From assembly GCA_963755125.1 (NCBI GenBank), contig CAVWIP010000001.1, positions 160,001-224,000 on the forward strand: 64,000 bases of DNA. Reading direction: 5' to 3'. Of this stretch, positions 1-9,066 are shown in pieces. The number at the start of each line of letters is the position of its first letter. The first letter of the stretch is position 1. The notes beneath the pieces were generated by a model. It did no database searches, was not told the origin of the DNA, and saw only the letters and a list, made by a program, of their open reading frames with translations. Origin of the DNA: an uncultured delta proteobacterium. GTDB taxonomy: Bacteria; Myxococcota_A; Polyangia; Fen-1088. A program made the translations under genes and the position numbers.

Positions 1-38
1 AGCGTGTGGCCCGCGGCCACGGCCAAGCCGGTGCGGCC

Positions 39-1199
39 ATGAAGGTCACCTTTCTGGCGCGCGAGTTTCCTCCCCACGTGTACGGCGGCGCTGGCGTGCA
101 CCTGAAGAACCTGGCTCACGAACTGGCGCGCAGCACTGACGTGGAGGTGCGTTGTATCGGCGATCAGGACATGACCGACGGCCGGTTGCGGGTGCGCGGG
201 TATCAGGCATGGCCGCGCATGTGGGAAGGCGAAGACAAGCTCTTCAACAGCACCCTGGGGACGTTCTCGGTCAACCTGTCCCAGATTCGCGATCGCATCG
301 ACGCCGACGTGGTGCACTCGCACACCTGGTACGGTGCCCTGGCGGGCTTCATGGCCAAGACCCTGTACAACGTTCCCTATGTGGCCACGGTGCACAGCCT
401 GGAGCCGTTGCGGCCCTGGAAGGAAGAGCAACTGGGCCGCTCGTATCACCTGACCTCGTGGATCGAGAGGGTGGCCCTGGAGAACGCGGACCGGGTGGTG
501 GCCGTGTCGAACGACGCGCGACGGGAGATCCTGGAACTGTTCAACGTGGACCCGCGGCGGGTAGTGGTGATCCACAACGGCATCGAACTGGGCGTGTGGA
601 AACGGGTCGAGAGCCGCGCGACCTGCAAGGCCTATGGCATCGACGGCGACTACATCCTGTTCGTGGGCCGGACCACGCGACAGAAGGGCATGGTGCACCT
701 CATCGAGGCCATGAAGCACGTGGCTCCTGGCGTGCGCCTGGTGTGTTGCACCAGCGCGCCCGACACGCCGGCCGTCGAGGAAGAGATCGCGGCCAAGGTG
801 GCGGAGCAGCCACGCTGCCTGTGGATCAACACGCTGCTGCGCGAGGAGCAGTACATCGAGCTATACAGCAACGCCGCGATTTTTGCCTGCCCCTCGGTGT
901 ACGAGCCGTTCGGCATCATCAACCTGGAGGCCATGGCCTGTGAGCGGCCGGTGGTGGCCAGTGCGGTGGGTGGCATCAAGGAGGTCGTGGTGCCGGAGAC
1001 CACGGGCCTGCTGGTGCCACCGGCCGACCCGCTCGCCCTGGCCGAGGCCATCAACCGCGTTTTGCGCGATCGGGACTGGGCGCGCCAGCTAGGCCTAGCC
1101 GGCCGAAAACGGGTGGAAGATCATTTCTCCTGGGCGTCCATCGCCGAGAAGACCAAGAGGATGTATCAGGAGTTGCTCGACGAACGCTCCTCGTCGTGA
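39..1199 (+). CDS. glgA: Glycogen synthase GlgA, actinobacterial-type GT4 (GlgM-like alpha-maltose-1-phosphate synthase)
   Basis: REFPPHVYGGAGVH N-terminus, HSHTWY, TVHSLEPLRPWKEEQLG and CPSVYEPFGIINLEAMAC motifs; adjacent to glgE; ATG at 39. Confidence 0.85.
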   Translation: MKVTFLAREFPPHVYGGAGVHLKNLAHELARSTDVEVRCIGDQDMTDGRLRVRGYQAWPRMWEGEDKLFNSTLGTFSVNLSQIRDRIDADVVHSHTWYGALAGFMAKTLYNVPYVATVHSLEPLRPWKEEQLGRSYHLTSWIERVALENADRVVAVSNDARREILELFNVDPRRVVVIHNGIELGVWKRVESRATCKAYGIDGDYILFVGRTTRQKGMVHLIEAMKHVAPGVRLVCCTSAPDTPAVEEEIAAKVAEQPRCLWINTLLREEQYIELYSNAAIFACPSVYEPFGIINLEAMACERPVVASAVGGIKEVVVPETTGLLVPPADPLALAEAINRVLRDRDWARQLGLAGRKRVEDHFSWASIAEKTKRMYQELLDERSSS

Positions 1200-1221
1200 G
1201 GATTTGTAGTACAAGAAGCTC

Positions 1222-3252
1222 ATGGAGCAAGTGCGGATAGTGATCGAGAACGTGACGCCGAAGGTCGACTGCGGCCGTTTCGCAGCCAAGGCCGTGGTGG
1301 GCGACAAAGTGGAAGTAGCGGCCGACATCTGGAAGGATGGCCACGAGTTACTGCGCGCTGTGGTCCTGTGGCGCAAGCTCAATGAGGACGAGGCAATGTA
1401 CGGCGCGATGCCTACGGCCCCGGATCGGAAGCGCGTCGACTGGCGCGAGTCACCCATGCTGAGCGATCCGGCCTACAACGATCGGTGGTATGCGACCATC
1501 AGCCCCCACGAGGTGGGGCCGCACGCGTTCACGGTGGTGGCGTGGACTGACCGCTTCGGATCCTTTGTCAGCGAGCTGAAGAAGAAGTCCGACGCTGGGC
1601 AGGACGTGTCGAGCGAACTGCTGGAAGGCATGCACATCATCGACCGTTCGCTCGAAGCCGCAGCCCACGGCAGGGACAAGGTGTCGCTGCGCGAGACCCG
1701 GGACGCGATCGCCGCGGCCAAGACCACGGCCAATCGGGTCGAGCTGATGCTCGATCCCTTGCTGGTTGAGTTGATGGCAGCCTGCGATCCGCGCGACGAC
1801 CTGCAAATCTGCCCCGCCGAGTTGCCCCTCTGGGTCGATCGCGAACGCGGCCGTTTTGGCGCCTGGTACGAGATCTTTCCGCGCTCGCAGGGCACGGATC
1901 CTGCGCGCGGCGCGACTCTCCGTCAGGCCGAGGCGCGCCTGCCTGAGATCGCTGGCATGGGGTTCGACGTGCTCTACCTGGCGCCCATCCATCCCATCGG
2001 CCGCAGCCATCGCAAGGGAGCCAACAACGCAGAGGAGTGCCGGCCCGGTGAGCCTGGCTCGCCCTGGGCCATCGGCAGCGAGCAGGGTGGCCACGATGCC
2101 ATCCATCCCGAGCTGGGCACGCTGGCCGACTTCGATCATTTCGTCGCTGCCGCGCGCGGGCTAGGGATCGAGATCGCGATCGACTTCGCCGTGCAGTGTT
2201 CGCCCGATCACCCGTGGGTCAAGCAGCACCCCGAGTGGTTCAGCAAGCGGCCCGATGGAAGCATTAAGTACGCCGAGAATCCACCCAAGAAGTATCAGGA
2301 CATCTACCCCATCAACTTCGACAGCGAGGAGCGCGAGGGCCTGTATCAGGCGTTGCTCAATGTCGTGTTGTTCTGGGCCCAGCGGGGCGTTCGCATCTTC
2401 CGCGTGGACAACCCGCACACCAAGCCGGTGAGCTTCTGGGAGTGGCTGATCGCCAGCGTGCACCGCGACCATCCCGACATTCTCTTTTTGGCTGAGGCCT
2501 TCACCCGGGACAAGCGCATGAAGAGGCTGGCCAAGCTGGGCTTCAGCCAGTCGTACAGCTACTTCACCTGGCGTAACTCGCGCAAGGAGCTGGAGGAGTA
2601 CGCCACCGAGTTGTTCCTCACCGACACGGCCGACTACCTGCGGCCGAATTTCTTCGCCAACACGCCGGACATTCTGCACGAGTATCTGCAGCACGGGGGA
2701 CGCCCGGCCTTCATGGTTCGCCTGATCCTGGCTGCGACCCTTTCGCCCAGCTATGGCATCTACAGCGGCTACGAGCTGTGCGAGAACCGCGCGCTGGCGG
2801 CCGGCAGCGAGGAGTACCTGGATTCGGAGAAGTACCAGTACAAGACCTGGGACTGGAACCGGGAGGGGAACATCAAGGAACTGGTCAGCAGGGTGAATCG
2901 CATCCGGCGCGCGCATCCCGCGCTGGCCCTGGCCCGCAATATCAGATTTCTCGAATCGACCAATCCCAACATCATCGCCTATGCCAAGACCACGGCCGAC
3001 CGGGGCGATGTCCTGGTGACGATTGTGAATGTGGACCCGCACAACGTGCAGGACGGCACCATCCGCTTGGTGCCCGAACTCTTTCATCGCACAGAGCGCG
3101 GCAAACCCGTGGCCGGGACGGTGCCGGAAAGCTGCGATCTGTCGGAGCTGCTGACCGAATCGAACTACACCTGGCGCGGCGAGTGGAACTACGTGCGTCT
3201 GGACCCGAAGTGGATGCCGGCGCACATCCTGCAGATCAAGCGACCCACGTGA
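1222..3252 (+). CDS. glgE: Alpha-1,4-glucan:maltose-1-phosphate maltosyltransferase GlgE (GH13)
   Basis: WYEIFPRS, PGSPWAIG, YAENPPKKYQDIYP, FRVDNPHTKP and FLAEAFT motifs. Confidence 0.95.
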   Translation: MEQVRIVIENVTPKVDCGRFAAKAVVGDKVEVAADIWKDGHELLRAVVLWRKLNEDEAMYGAMPTAPDRKRVDWRESPMLSDPAYNDRWYATISPHEVGPHAFTVVAWTDRFGSFVSELKKKSDAGQDVSSELLEGMHIIDRSLEAAAHGRDKVSLRETRDAIAAAKTTANRVELMLDPLLVELMAACDPRDDLQICPAELPLWVDRERGRFGAWYEIFPRSQGTDPARGATLRQAEARLPEIAGMGFDVLYLAPIHPIGRSHRKGANNAEECRPGEPGSPWAIGSEQGGHDAIHPELGTLADFDHFVAAARGLGIEIAIDFAVQCSPDHPWVKQHPEWFSKRPDGSIKYAENPPKKYQDIYPINFDSEEREGLYQALLNVVLFWAQRGVRIFRVDNPHTKPVSFWEWLIASVHRDHPDILFLAEAFTRDKRMKRLAKLGFSQSYSYFTWRNSRKELEEYATELFLTDTADYLRPNFFANTPDILHEYLQHGGRPAFMVRLILAATLSPSYGIYSGYELCENRALAAGSEEYLDSEKYQYKTWDWNREGNIKELVSRVNRIRRAHPALALARNIRFLESTNPNIIAYAKTTADRGDVLVTIVNVDPHNVQDGTIRLVPELFHRTERGKPVAGTVPESCDLSELLTESNYTWRGEWNYVRLDPKWMPAHILQIKRPT

Positions 3253-3285
3253 CCCGCGACCCCGGTTAGGTTACGCTGAAAGGCC

Positions 3286-4167
3286 ATGGCGATGGTGAAA
3301 CCAGTTCGCAAGGCCGTGCTCCCGGTTGCCGGAATCGGAACCCGGTTCTTGCCGGTGACCAAGGCTGTCCCCAAGGAGTTGCTGCCCATCGTGGACGTGC
3401 CGGCCATCCAGATCAACGTTGAGGAGTGCGTGTCGAGCGGTCTTCGCGATCTGATCATGGTCACCAGTCGGGGCAAGGATGCGCTAATTGACTACTTCGA
3501 CCACGCCGGCGAGTTGGAGGATCTGCTGGAACGCAAGGGCAAGCAAGCGGAACTGGCCATGGTGCGGCGGCTGAACGACCTGGCGCAGATCTCGGCCGTG
3601 CGCCAACCGGAGACGCGCGGTCTGGGTCACGCGGTGCTTTGCGCCCGCGCTGCGGTCGGCGGCGAGCCCTTTGCCGTGCTGCTGGGCGACGATCTGTTCG
3701 AAGGGAACCCGCCGGGTATCAAGCAACTGCTCGATGTCTACGCGAAGTACGGCAAGGGAGTGGTGGGTCTGTGGGAGGTGCCCGTGGGGCAGGAGCACCT
3801 CTATGGAATTGTCGATGGCGAACCAGTGGGCGGGGACGTGTTTCGCCTGAACAAGTTGGTGGAAAAGCCCGAGCCGGGCAAGGCACCTTCGCGGCTGGCC
3901 ATAGCGGGTCGCTATGTCTTGCCGCCCGAGATCTTTCCCATCCTGGCCAACACCCAGCCGGGCCGGGGTGGCGAGATTCAGCTGACCGACGCGCTCGCCA
4001 CCCTGTGCGCCAGCGACGGTCTTTACGGGGTCAGGCTGCGGGGCGAGCGTTTCGACGCTGGCGATCGGGCAGGCTACGTGCTGGCCGTGCTCCGCTATGC
4101 GCTCCGCCGATCGGACATCGGTGCGGCGGTGCGCGCGGGTGCCGAGAAACTTCTGCGCGAGACGTGA
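3286..4167 (+). CDS. galU: UTP--glucose-1-phosphate uridylyltransferase
   Basis: KAVLPVAGIGTRFLPVTKAVPKELLP, GLGHAVL, VEKP and GEIQLTDA motifs. Confidence 0.95.
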   Translation: MAMVKPVRKAVLPVAGIGTRFLPVTKAVPKELLPIVDVPAIQINVEECVSSGLRDLIMVTSRGKDALIDYFDHAGELEDLLERKGKQAELAMVRRLNDLAQISAVRQPETRGLGHAVLCARAAVGGEPFAVLLGDDLFEGNPPGIKQLLDVYAKYGKGVVGLWEVPVGQEHLYGIVDGEPVGGDVFRLNKLVEKPEPGKAPSRLAIAGRYVLPPEIFPILANTQPGRGGEIQLTDALATLCASDGLYGVRLRGERFDAGDRAGYVLAVLRYALRRSDIGAAVRAGAEKLLRET

Positions 4168-6428
4168 GCGCGGCACGGGGAACTTCCGCGGCGGCTCCTG
4201 GCACCTTGTTGCAGGTGGCGGTGACCCTGCCGGTGGACGCGACGTTCACCTACCGCGATCCCCGGCCGGGTGTGTGCTTGCCACTCGGCACCGAGGTGAT
4301 CGTGCCATTCGGCTCACGCCGGGTGACGGGATTCGTGGTGGGGCATCCTGAGTCCGCGCCCGGCCCCGTGCGCGACATCACGGACGTGGTGGGCGACGGT
4401 CCCGCCATCGACCCATCCATCCTGGATCTGTGTCGCTGGGCAGCCGGCTACTACCTGGCCCCGTTGGGCGAAGTCCTGCGTTCCGCCCTTCCGCGGGGCG
4501 AGCGGGCAGTTGCCTCACGCCGCATCCGTCTCACCGAGGCGGGACGGCACTTGGTCGATCTGGAGGCCGACGGGCGTTCGCACATGGCCGGGATTACGCT
4601 CGGTGCACAAGAGCGGGCTTTGCTGGCCAGGCTGCGTGTGGCGCGCACCTTGAGCCCGACCACGCTGGCGCGCGCGGCTGGGGCGGCGGCGCATATGGCG
4701 CATTTGCTGGAGCGCGGTCTGGTCGAGATCATCGATCGGGTGGCCAGTCCGACGAAGAGCAAGCGGCGAGTTGAGGCTTCAACTCCGTCGGTAGCTGCGG
4801 TCGAGCTTCCCACACTCAACCCACACCAGCAGGCGGCCTTCGACGCGCTGAAGGCGGCACTGGGCAAGGGCTACAGCGGCCACCTGCTCCACGGGATCAC
4901 CGGCTCGGGCAAGACCGAGGTCTACCTGCGCATCATCGCCGAGGCGCGGGCGCAGGGCAAGGGAGCGCTGGTGCTGGTGCCCGAGATCGCGCTGACCCCG
5001 CAGTTGGCGGCACGCTTTCGCGCTCGCTTCGGCGACGACGTGGCGGTCCTGCACAGTGCTCTGCCGCCTGCCAATCGTCTGGCGGCCTGGCGGCGGTTGC
5101 GCAGTGGCGAGGTCGGCATTGCGGTGGGCGCGCGCTCGGCGGTGTTTGCGCCGGTGCACGCACTGGCCGTGGTGGTGGTGGACGAAGAGCACGACGGATC
5201 TTTCAAGCAAGAGGACGGCATACGCTACCACGGCCGGGATCTGGCCGTGATGCGAGCTCACCAGGCCAAGGCTGTGGTGGTACTGGGTTCGGCCACGCCG
5301 TCGCTGGAAAGCTTCCGCAACGTGCAGGTCGGGCGCTTCCATCGCCTGCATCTGCCCACGCGGGCCAATCCGGCAGCCGCCGCTCGGCCCTTGCCGCCGG
5401 TCGAGATCATCGATCTGCGGCGTCACCAGTTGGGACCGGATCAATTGCTGGCGCCGGGGCTGACCCAGGCGGTGGCCGACGCCTTGGCTGCGGGCGAGCA
5501 GAGCATTCTCTTCCTCAACCGGCGCGGCTACTCCACCCTCATGCACTGCCGGGTCTGCGGCGCGGTCCTGCGCTGTTCGAGCTGTGACGTGTCCATGACC
5601 CTGCACCGCGGTCGCGCGAAGCTCATCTGCCACTATTGCGGTCGTGCGGAGTCCATCCCCGGTCGGTGTCCGGCGTGCAAGCAGGAAACCCTGGAAGGGC
5701 TGGGCACCGGCACCGAGCGGGTGGAGAGCGTGGTGCGCGCGCTTTTTCCCGCCGCCCGCGTGGCGCGGCTGGACCGGGACACCACCGACGGGCATCGCGA
5801 CCAGCTAGAGAAACTGCTCGCGCGCATGCACGCTCGCGAGATCGATATCCTGGTGGGAACCCAGATGGTCACCAAGGGGCACGACTTCGGCGGCGTCACC
5901 CTGGTGGGCGTGCTGCAGCCTGACCAGGGCATGCACCTGCCAGACTTCCGCGCGGCCGAGCGGACCTTCCAGCTTCTCGAGCAGGTCGCTGGTCGTGCCG
6001 GCCGCGGCGATCGACCGGGCCGCATCGTGGTGCAGACCTATTGCCCGGAGCACCCGGCCATCCAGTTCCTGCGCGATCACGACTACGAGGGCTTCGTGCG
6101 CGATGAGTTGGCGAGACGAGAAAGTGCGAGTTATCCGCCGTTTTCGCGTATGATCGCTCTTCGCTTGGACGGCCGTCACGAAGCTTCAGTTCGCGCCACC
6201 GCCACGGACGTGGCGACGCGTGCCCGCGCGCAGGCGGGGAGCGCGGTCGTGGTGCTGGGCCCGGCCGAGGCACCCATCGGCAGGCTGCGCGGCCGCAGTC
6301 GCTATCAGATCTGGCTGGCCGGGACCGACCGGGGAAAACTGCAGGCCGTGGCGCGCTCCGCTGCCGAGGTGACCCTGCCGCGTGACGTGCGGCTGGCTAT
6401 CGACGTCGATCCACAAAGCGTGTTGTGA
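4164..6428 (+). CDS. priA: Primosomal protein N' (replication restart helicase)
   Basis: GITGSGKTEVY, VPEIALTPQ, DEEHD, Cys-rich zinc-binding CxxC clusters, GTQMVTKG; GTG start overlaps the galU stop (GTGA). Confidence 0.93.
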   Translation: MSAARGTSAAAPGTLLQVAVTLPVDATFTYRDPRPGVCLPLGTEVIVPFGSRRVTGFVVGHPESAPGPVRDITDVVGDGPAIDPSILDLCRWAAGYYLAPLGEVLRSALPRGERAVASRRIRLTEAGRHLVDLEADGRSHMAGITLGAQERALLARLRVARTLSPTTLARAAGAAAHMAHLLERGLVEIIDRVASPTKSKRRVEASTPSVAAVELPTLNPHQQAAFDALKAALGKGYSGHLLHGITGSGKTEVYLRIIAEARAQGKGALVLVPEIALTPQLAARFRARFGDDVAVLHSALPPANRLAAWRRLRSGEVGIAVGARSAVFAPVHALAVVVVDEEHDGSFKQEDGIRYHGRDLAVMRAHQAKAVVVLGSATPSLESFRNVQVGRFHRLHLPTRANPAAAARPLPPVEIIDLRRHQLGPDQLLAPGLTQAVADALAAGEQSILFLNRRGYSTLMHCRVCGAVLRCSSCDVSMTLHRGRAKLICHYCGRAESIPGRCPACKQETLEGLGTGTERVESVVRALFPAARVARLDRDTTDGHRDQLEKLLARMHAREIDILVGTQMVTKGHDFGGVTLVGVLQPDQGMHLPDFRAAERTFQLLEQVAGRAGRGDRPGRIVVQTYCPEHPAIQFLRDHDYEGFVRDELARRESASYPPFSRMIALRLDGRHEASVRATATDVATRARAQAGSAVVVLGPAEAPIGRLRGRSRYQIWLAGTDRGKLQAVARSAAEVTLPRDVRLAIDVDPQSVL

Positions 6429-7642
6429 TGGCACCGGTGAACGAAGATCTTTCGCAGTTGCTCGGCCGGTTGGCCGCGGGCATCGACGATGTCATCGAGG
6501 CAGAGATGTCGACTGCGCTGGAAGCCGTGGGAGACGAAGGTCCCGCTTCAGCTGGCGCTCTCGCCGAGATCGGACTGCCGGTTTTGATGGGCCGCATCTT
6601 CAGCGACGGAACCACGGGCCGCCTGAGAATCTGGCAGGAGCCGGTCGAGAAGAGCGTGTATTTCGAGGCCGGTTTGCCGGTCATGGCGGCTTCGAATGAC
6701 GTGGCGGATCGCATGCTGGCCATGCTGGTTCGGGAGCGGACGGTGTCGACGGCCCAGCGCGAGGAGGTGGAGAAGATCGTCGGGGCATCCGGACGCAAGG
6801 TGGGCGGGGTGCTGGTCGACCTGGGCTTTCTGCGCAGTGATGAGCTGCTGCCGGCGGTGCGCCGCCACTACGAGAGCATCATTCTTTCGCTGTTCGGTTG
6901 GACCGCCGGGCTTTGGCAAATCGAGCCTGGGATGACCGCTGGACCGGAGCGGACGCGGCTCTTGCGTCATCCTGCGGCTCTGGTGCGTGAGGGGCTCGCG
7001 CGTGGCTATTCCAGCGAGAAGATCGCGGCTCATGTCGGCTCGGGCAAGAACCTCTTTGCGCTCGACACGTCGGGTACCTCGGCCGATGTGGTGAAGCAAA
7101 TGTTGACCGACCCAGCCGAGGCGCGCGTGCCTCTCTTGTTCGATGGGGTACGGTCCTTGGACGAGGTCGCACGCTCCAGCGGCCTGCCCGATGCGACGGT
7201 CTGGCAGATCGCCTTTGCCCTGTCGTGCTTCGGGGCCTTGCGCCCCGCAAGGTCGGGCGGCGGAGCCAACGAGGGCTTACGCTTCGGCGTGCGCGATCTG
7301 CAGATCGCACGTGAGCGGCTGTTGGCGCGGCAGGCGCTGGCACAGGAGGGCGACTACTTCCAGATTCTGGGTGTGGATCGACAGGCGGATGCGACCGAGA
7401 TCCGACGCGCCCACCAGCGTCTGGTCAGAGAGTGCTCGCCCGAGGCTCTGGGGCCTGACCTGTCCCACGAGCTGAAGACGGCACTCGAAACGATCCGCGA
7501 AGTGTTGGACGAGGGGCTGCGCGTACTTTCGACGCCCGCCTTGCGAGCAGCCTACGAACTCAACCAGGCGCCAGAAGTGGAGGCCCAGCCGCCGCAGCCG
7601 GAATCGGCCGCGGAGCCTTCAGCCGACGCGCCCAGGGGTTGA
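6425..7642 (+). CDS. DUF4388-like domain protein with C-terminal J-like domain
   Basis: TGRLRI..EKSVYFEAGLPVMAASN resembles DUF4388/PATAN; DYFQILGV...EIRRAH is J-like with HPD replaced by SPE. Confidence 0.6.
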   Translation: MMAPVNEDLSQLLGRLAAGIDDVIEAEMSTALEAVGDEGPASAGALAEIGLPVLMGRIFSDGTTGRLRIWQEPVEKSVYFEAGLPVMAASNDVADRMLAMLVRERTVSTAQREEVEKIVGASGRKVGGVLVDLGFLRSDELLPAVRRHYESIILSLFGWTAGLWQIEPGMTAGPERTRLLRHPAALVREGLARGYSSEKIAAHVGSGKNLFALDTSGTSADVVKQMLTDPAEARVPLLFDGVRSLDEVARSSGLPDATVWQIAFALSCFGALRPARSGGGANEGLRFGVRDLQIARERLLARQALAQEGDYFQILGVDRQADATEIRRAHQRLVRECSPEALGPDLSHELKTALETIREVLDEGLRVLSTPALRAAYELNQAPEVEAQPPQPESAAEPSADAPRG

Positions 7643-7646
7643 TGGC

Positions 7647-8579
7647 GTGCGCGTGATTTTCTTCGGCTCTCCAGCCTTCGCGCTGCCGTCGCTGCGGGCA
7701 ATGGCTGGTGAACACCAGGTGCTGGCGGTGGTGAGCCAGCCGGACCGGCCGGCGGGACGGGGCAAGAAGTTGCAGCCGCCGCCGGTGAAGGAACTGGCCC
7801 TGCGGCTCGGGCTGCCGGTCCAGCAGCCGACCAAGCTGCGCGACGGCGCGCTGGCCAAGGAGCTTTCGGCTTTGCAGCCCGACGTCTTCGTGGTGGTGGC
7901 CTACGGCCGTATCCTGCCACCAGATCTTCTGGCCGTGCCGAAGTTGGGCGCGTGGAACGTGCATGCCTCGCTGTTGCCCAGGTACCGAGGCGCCGCGCCC
8001 ATTCAGTGGGCGGTGATCCGTGGCGAGACCAAGACGGGCGTATCCGTGATGCGCATGGAAGAAGGCCTAGATACCGGGCCGGTGGCGGCCTGGGAGGAAG
8101 AGCCGATTCGCGACGACGACACCGCGGGGACGCTGGCTGAGCGGCTGGCGTTGCTGGGGAGCAAATTGCTTGTCGAAACCCTGCCCCGCATCGCTGACGG
8201 CAGCGTCACGCTGCAAGTGCAGGACGAGACAGGCGCCACGCTTGCGCCACTGATGAAAAAGGAGGACGGCTACCTCGACCTTGGCGCCCCCGCACGGGCC
8301 GTGTCAGCGCAGGCGCGCGGTGTGGACCCATGGCCGGGCGCAACGGTCTTTCTGGTCAACCAGCCGGTGAAGGTCTTCGGCGCACGCGTGATAGAGGGGC
8401 AGGGTGCCCCCGGCGAGGTCCAGGGGCTGGTGCCGCAGGGGTTGGCCGTCGCGTGTGGGGGAGGCGCCGTCGCTTTTGCCGAACTGCAGATGCCCGGCCG
8501 GAAGCGCTTGCCAGCCGCCGCAGTACTCGCCGGTCATCCGATCCCCGTTGGTACACGCTTGAGAAGCGCGCCCAGCTAG
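7647..8579 (+). CDS. fmt: Methionyl-tRNA formyltransferase
   Basis: FFGSPAFA, SQPDRPAGRG and NVHASLLPRYRGAAPIQW motifs. Confidence 0.95.
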   Translation: MRVIFFGSPAFALPSLRAMAGEHQVLAVVSQPDRPAGRGKKLQPPPVKELALRLGLPVQQPTKLRDGALAKELSALQPDVFVVVAYGRILPPDLLAVPKLGAWNVHASLLPRYRGAAPIQWAVIRGETKTGVSVMRMEEGLDTGPVAAWEEEPIRDDDTAGTLAERLALLGSKLLVETLPRIADGSVTLQVQDETGATLAPLMKKEDGYLDLGAPARAVSAQARGVDPWPGATVFLVNQPVKVFGARVIEGQGAPGEVQGLVPQGLAVACGGGAVAFAELQMPGRKRLPAAAVLAGHPIPVGTRLRSAPS

Positions 8580-8598
8580 GAGCGAAACAATGAGGTTG

Positions 8599-8672
8599 TC
8601 GGGGCGAGAGGATTTGAACCTCCGGCCTTTCGGTCCCGAACCGAACGCGCTACCAGACTGCGCCACGCCCCG
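8599..8672 (-). tRNA. tRNA-Pro(CGG)
   Basis: Reverse complement CGGGGCGTGGCGCAGTCTGGTAGCGCG-TTCGG TT CGG GA CCGAA-AGGCCGGAGGTTCAAATCCTCTCGCCCCGA folds as a cloverleaf; CCA not encoded. Confidence 0.95.
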
Positions 8673-8791
8673 ATTGTGTTTTCGTTCGACCGGGAAGCTG
8701 ACCGGGCGGACACCCAGCCAACTCCCCCGCGCCAAGGCGGCGAAAATTAGCACGACCAGCCGGAGTCGCCACGAGAAAACGACCGCAGCGG

Positions 8792-9004
8792 TCAGTGTGG
8801 TTCGTCCGTCCCGCTTTCATTTTGCTCCACACCCTGGTCCAGATCCTCCTCGGAGATCGGCCGGCTGATGCGGTAGGCGCCGTCCAGCCAACTCCCCAGA
8901 TCCGCCAGCTTGCAACGCTGCGAGCAAAAAGGCCGGTAGGACGCGCTGGCCGATTCAGGAGGGATGGCTCGCTTGCAGACGGGACAGCGACCTACGCCTG
9001 TCAT
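8792..9004 (-). CDS. yacG: DNA gyrase inhibitor YacG
   Basis: CPVC...RPFCSQRCKLADLGSWLDGAYRI signature. Confidence 0.9.
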   Translation of the reverse strand: MTGVGRCPVCKRAIPPESASASYRPFCSQRCKLADLGSWLDGAYRISRPISEEDLDQGVEQNESGTDEPH

Positions 9005-9066
9005 CTTCCTCACTCTACCACAACGCATGTCCCCAAGCAGGCCCGTGACGTGCTACGGTTGCGGCG

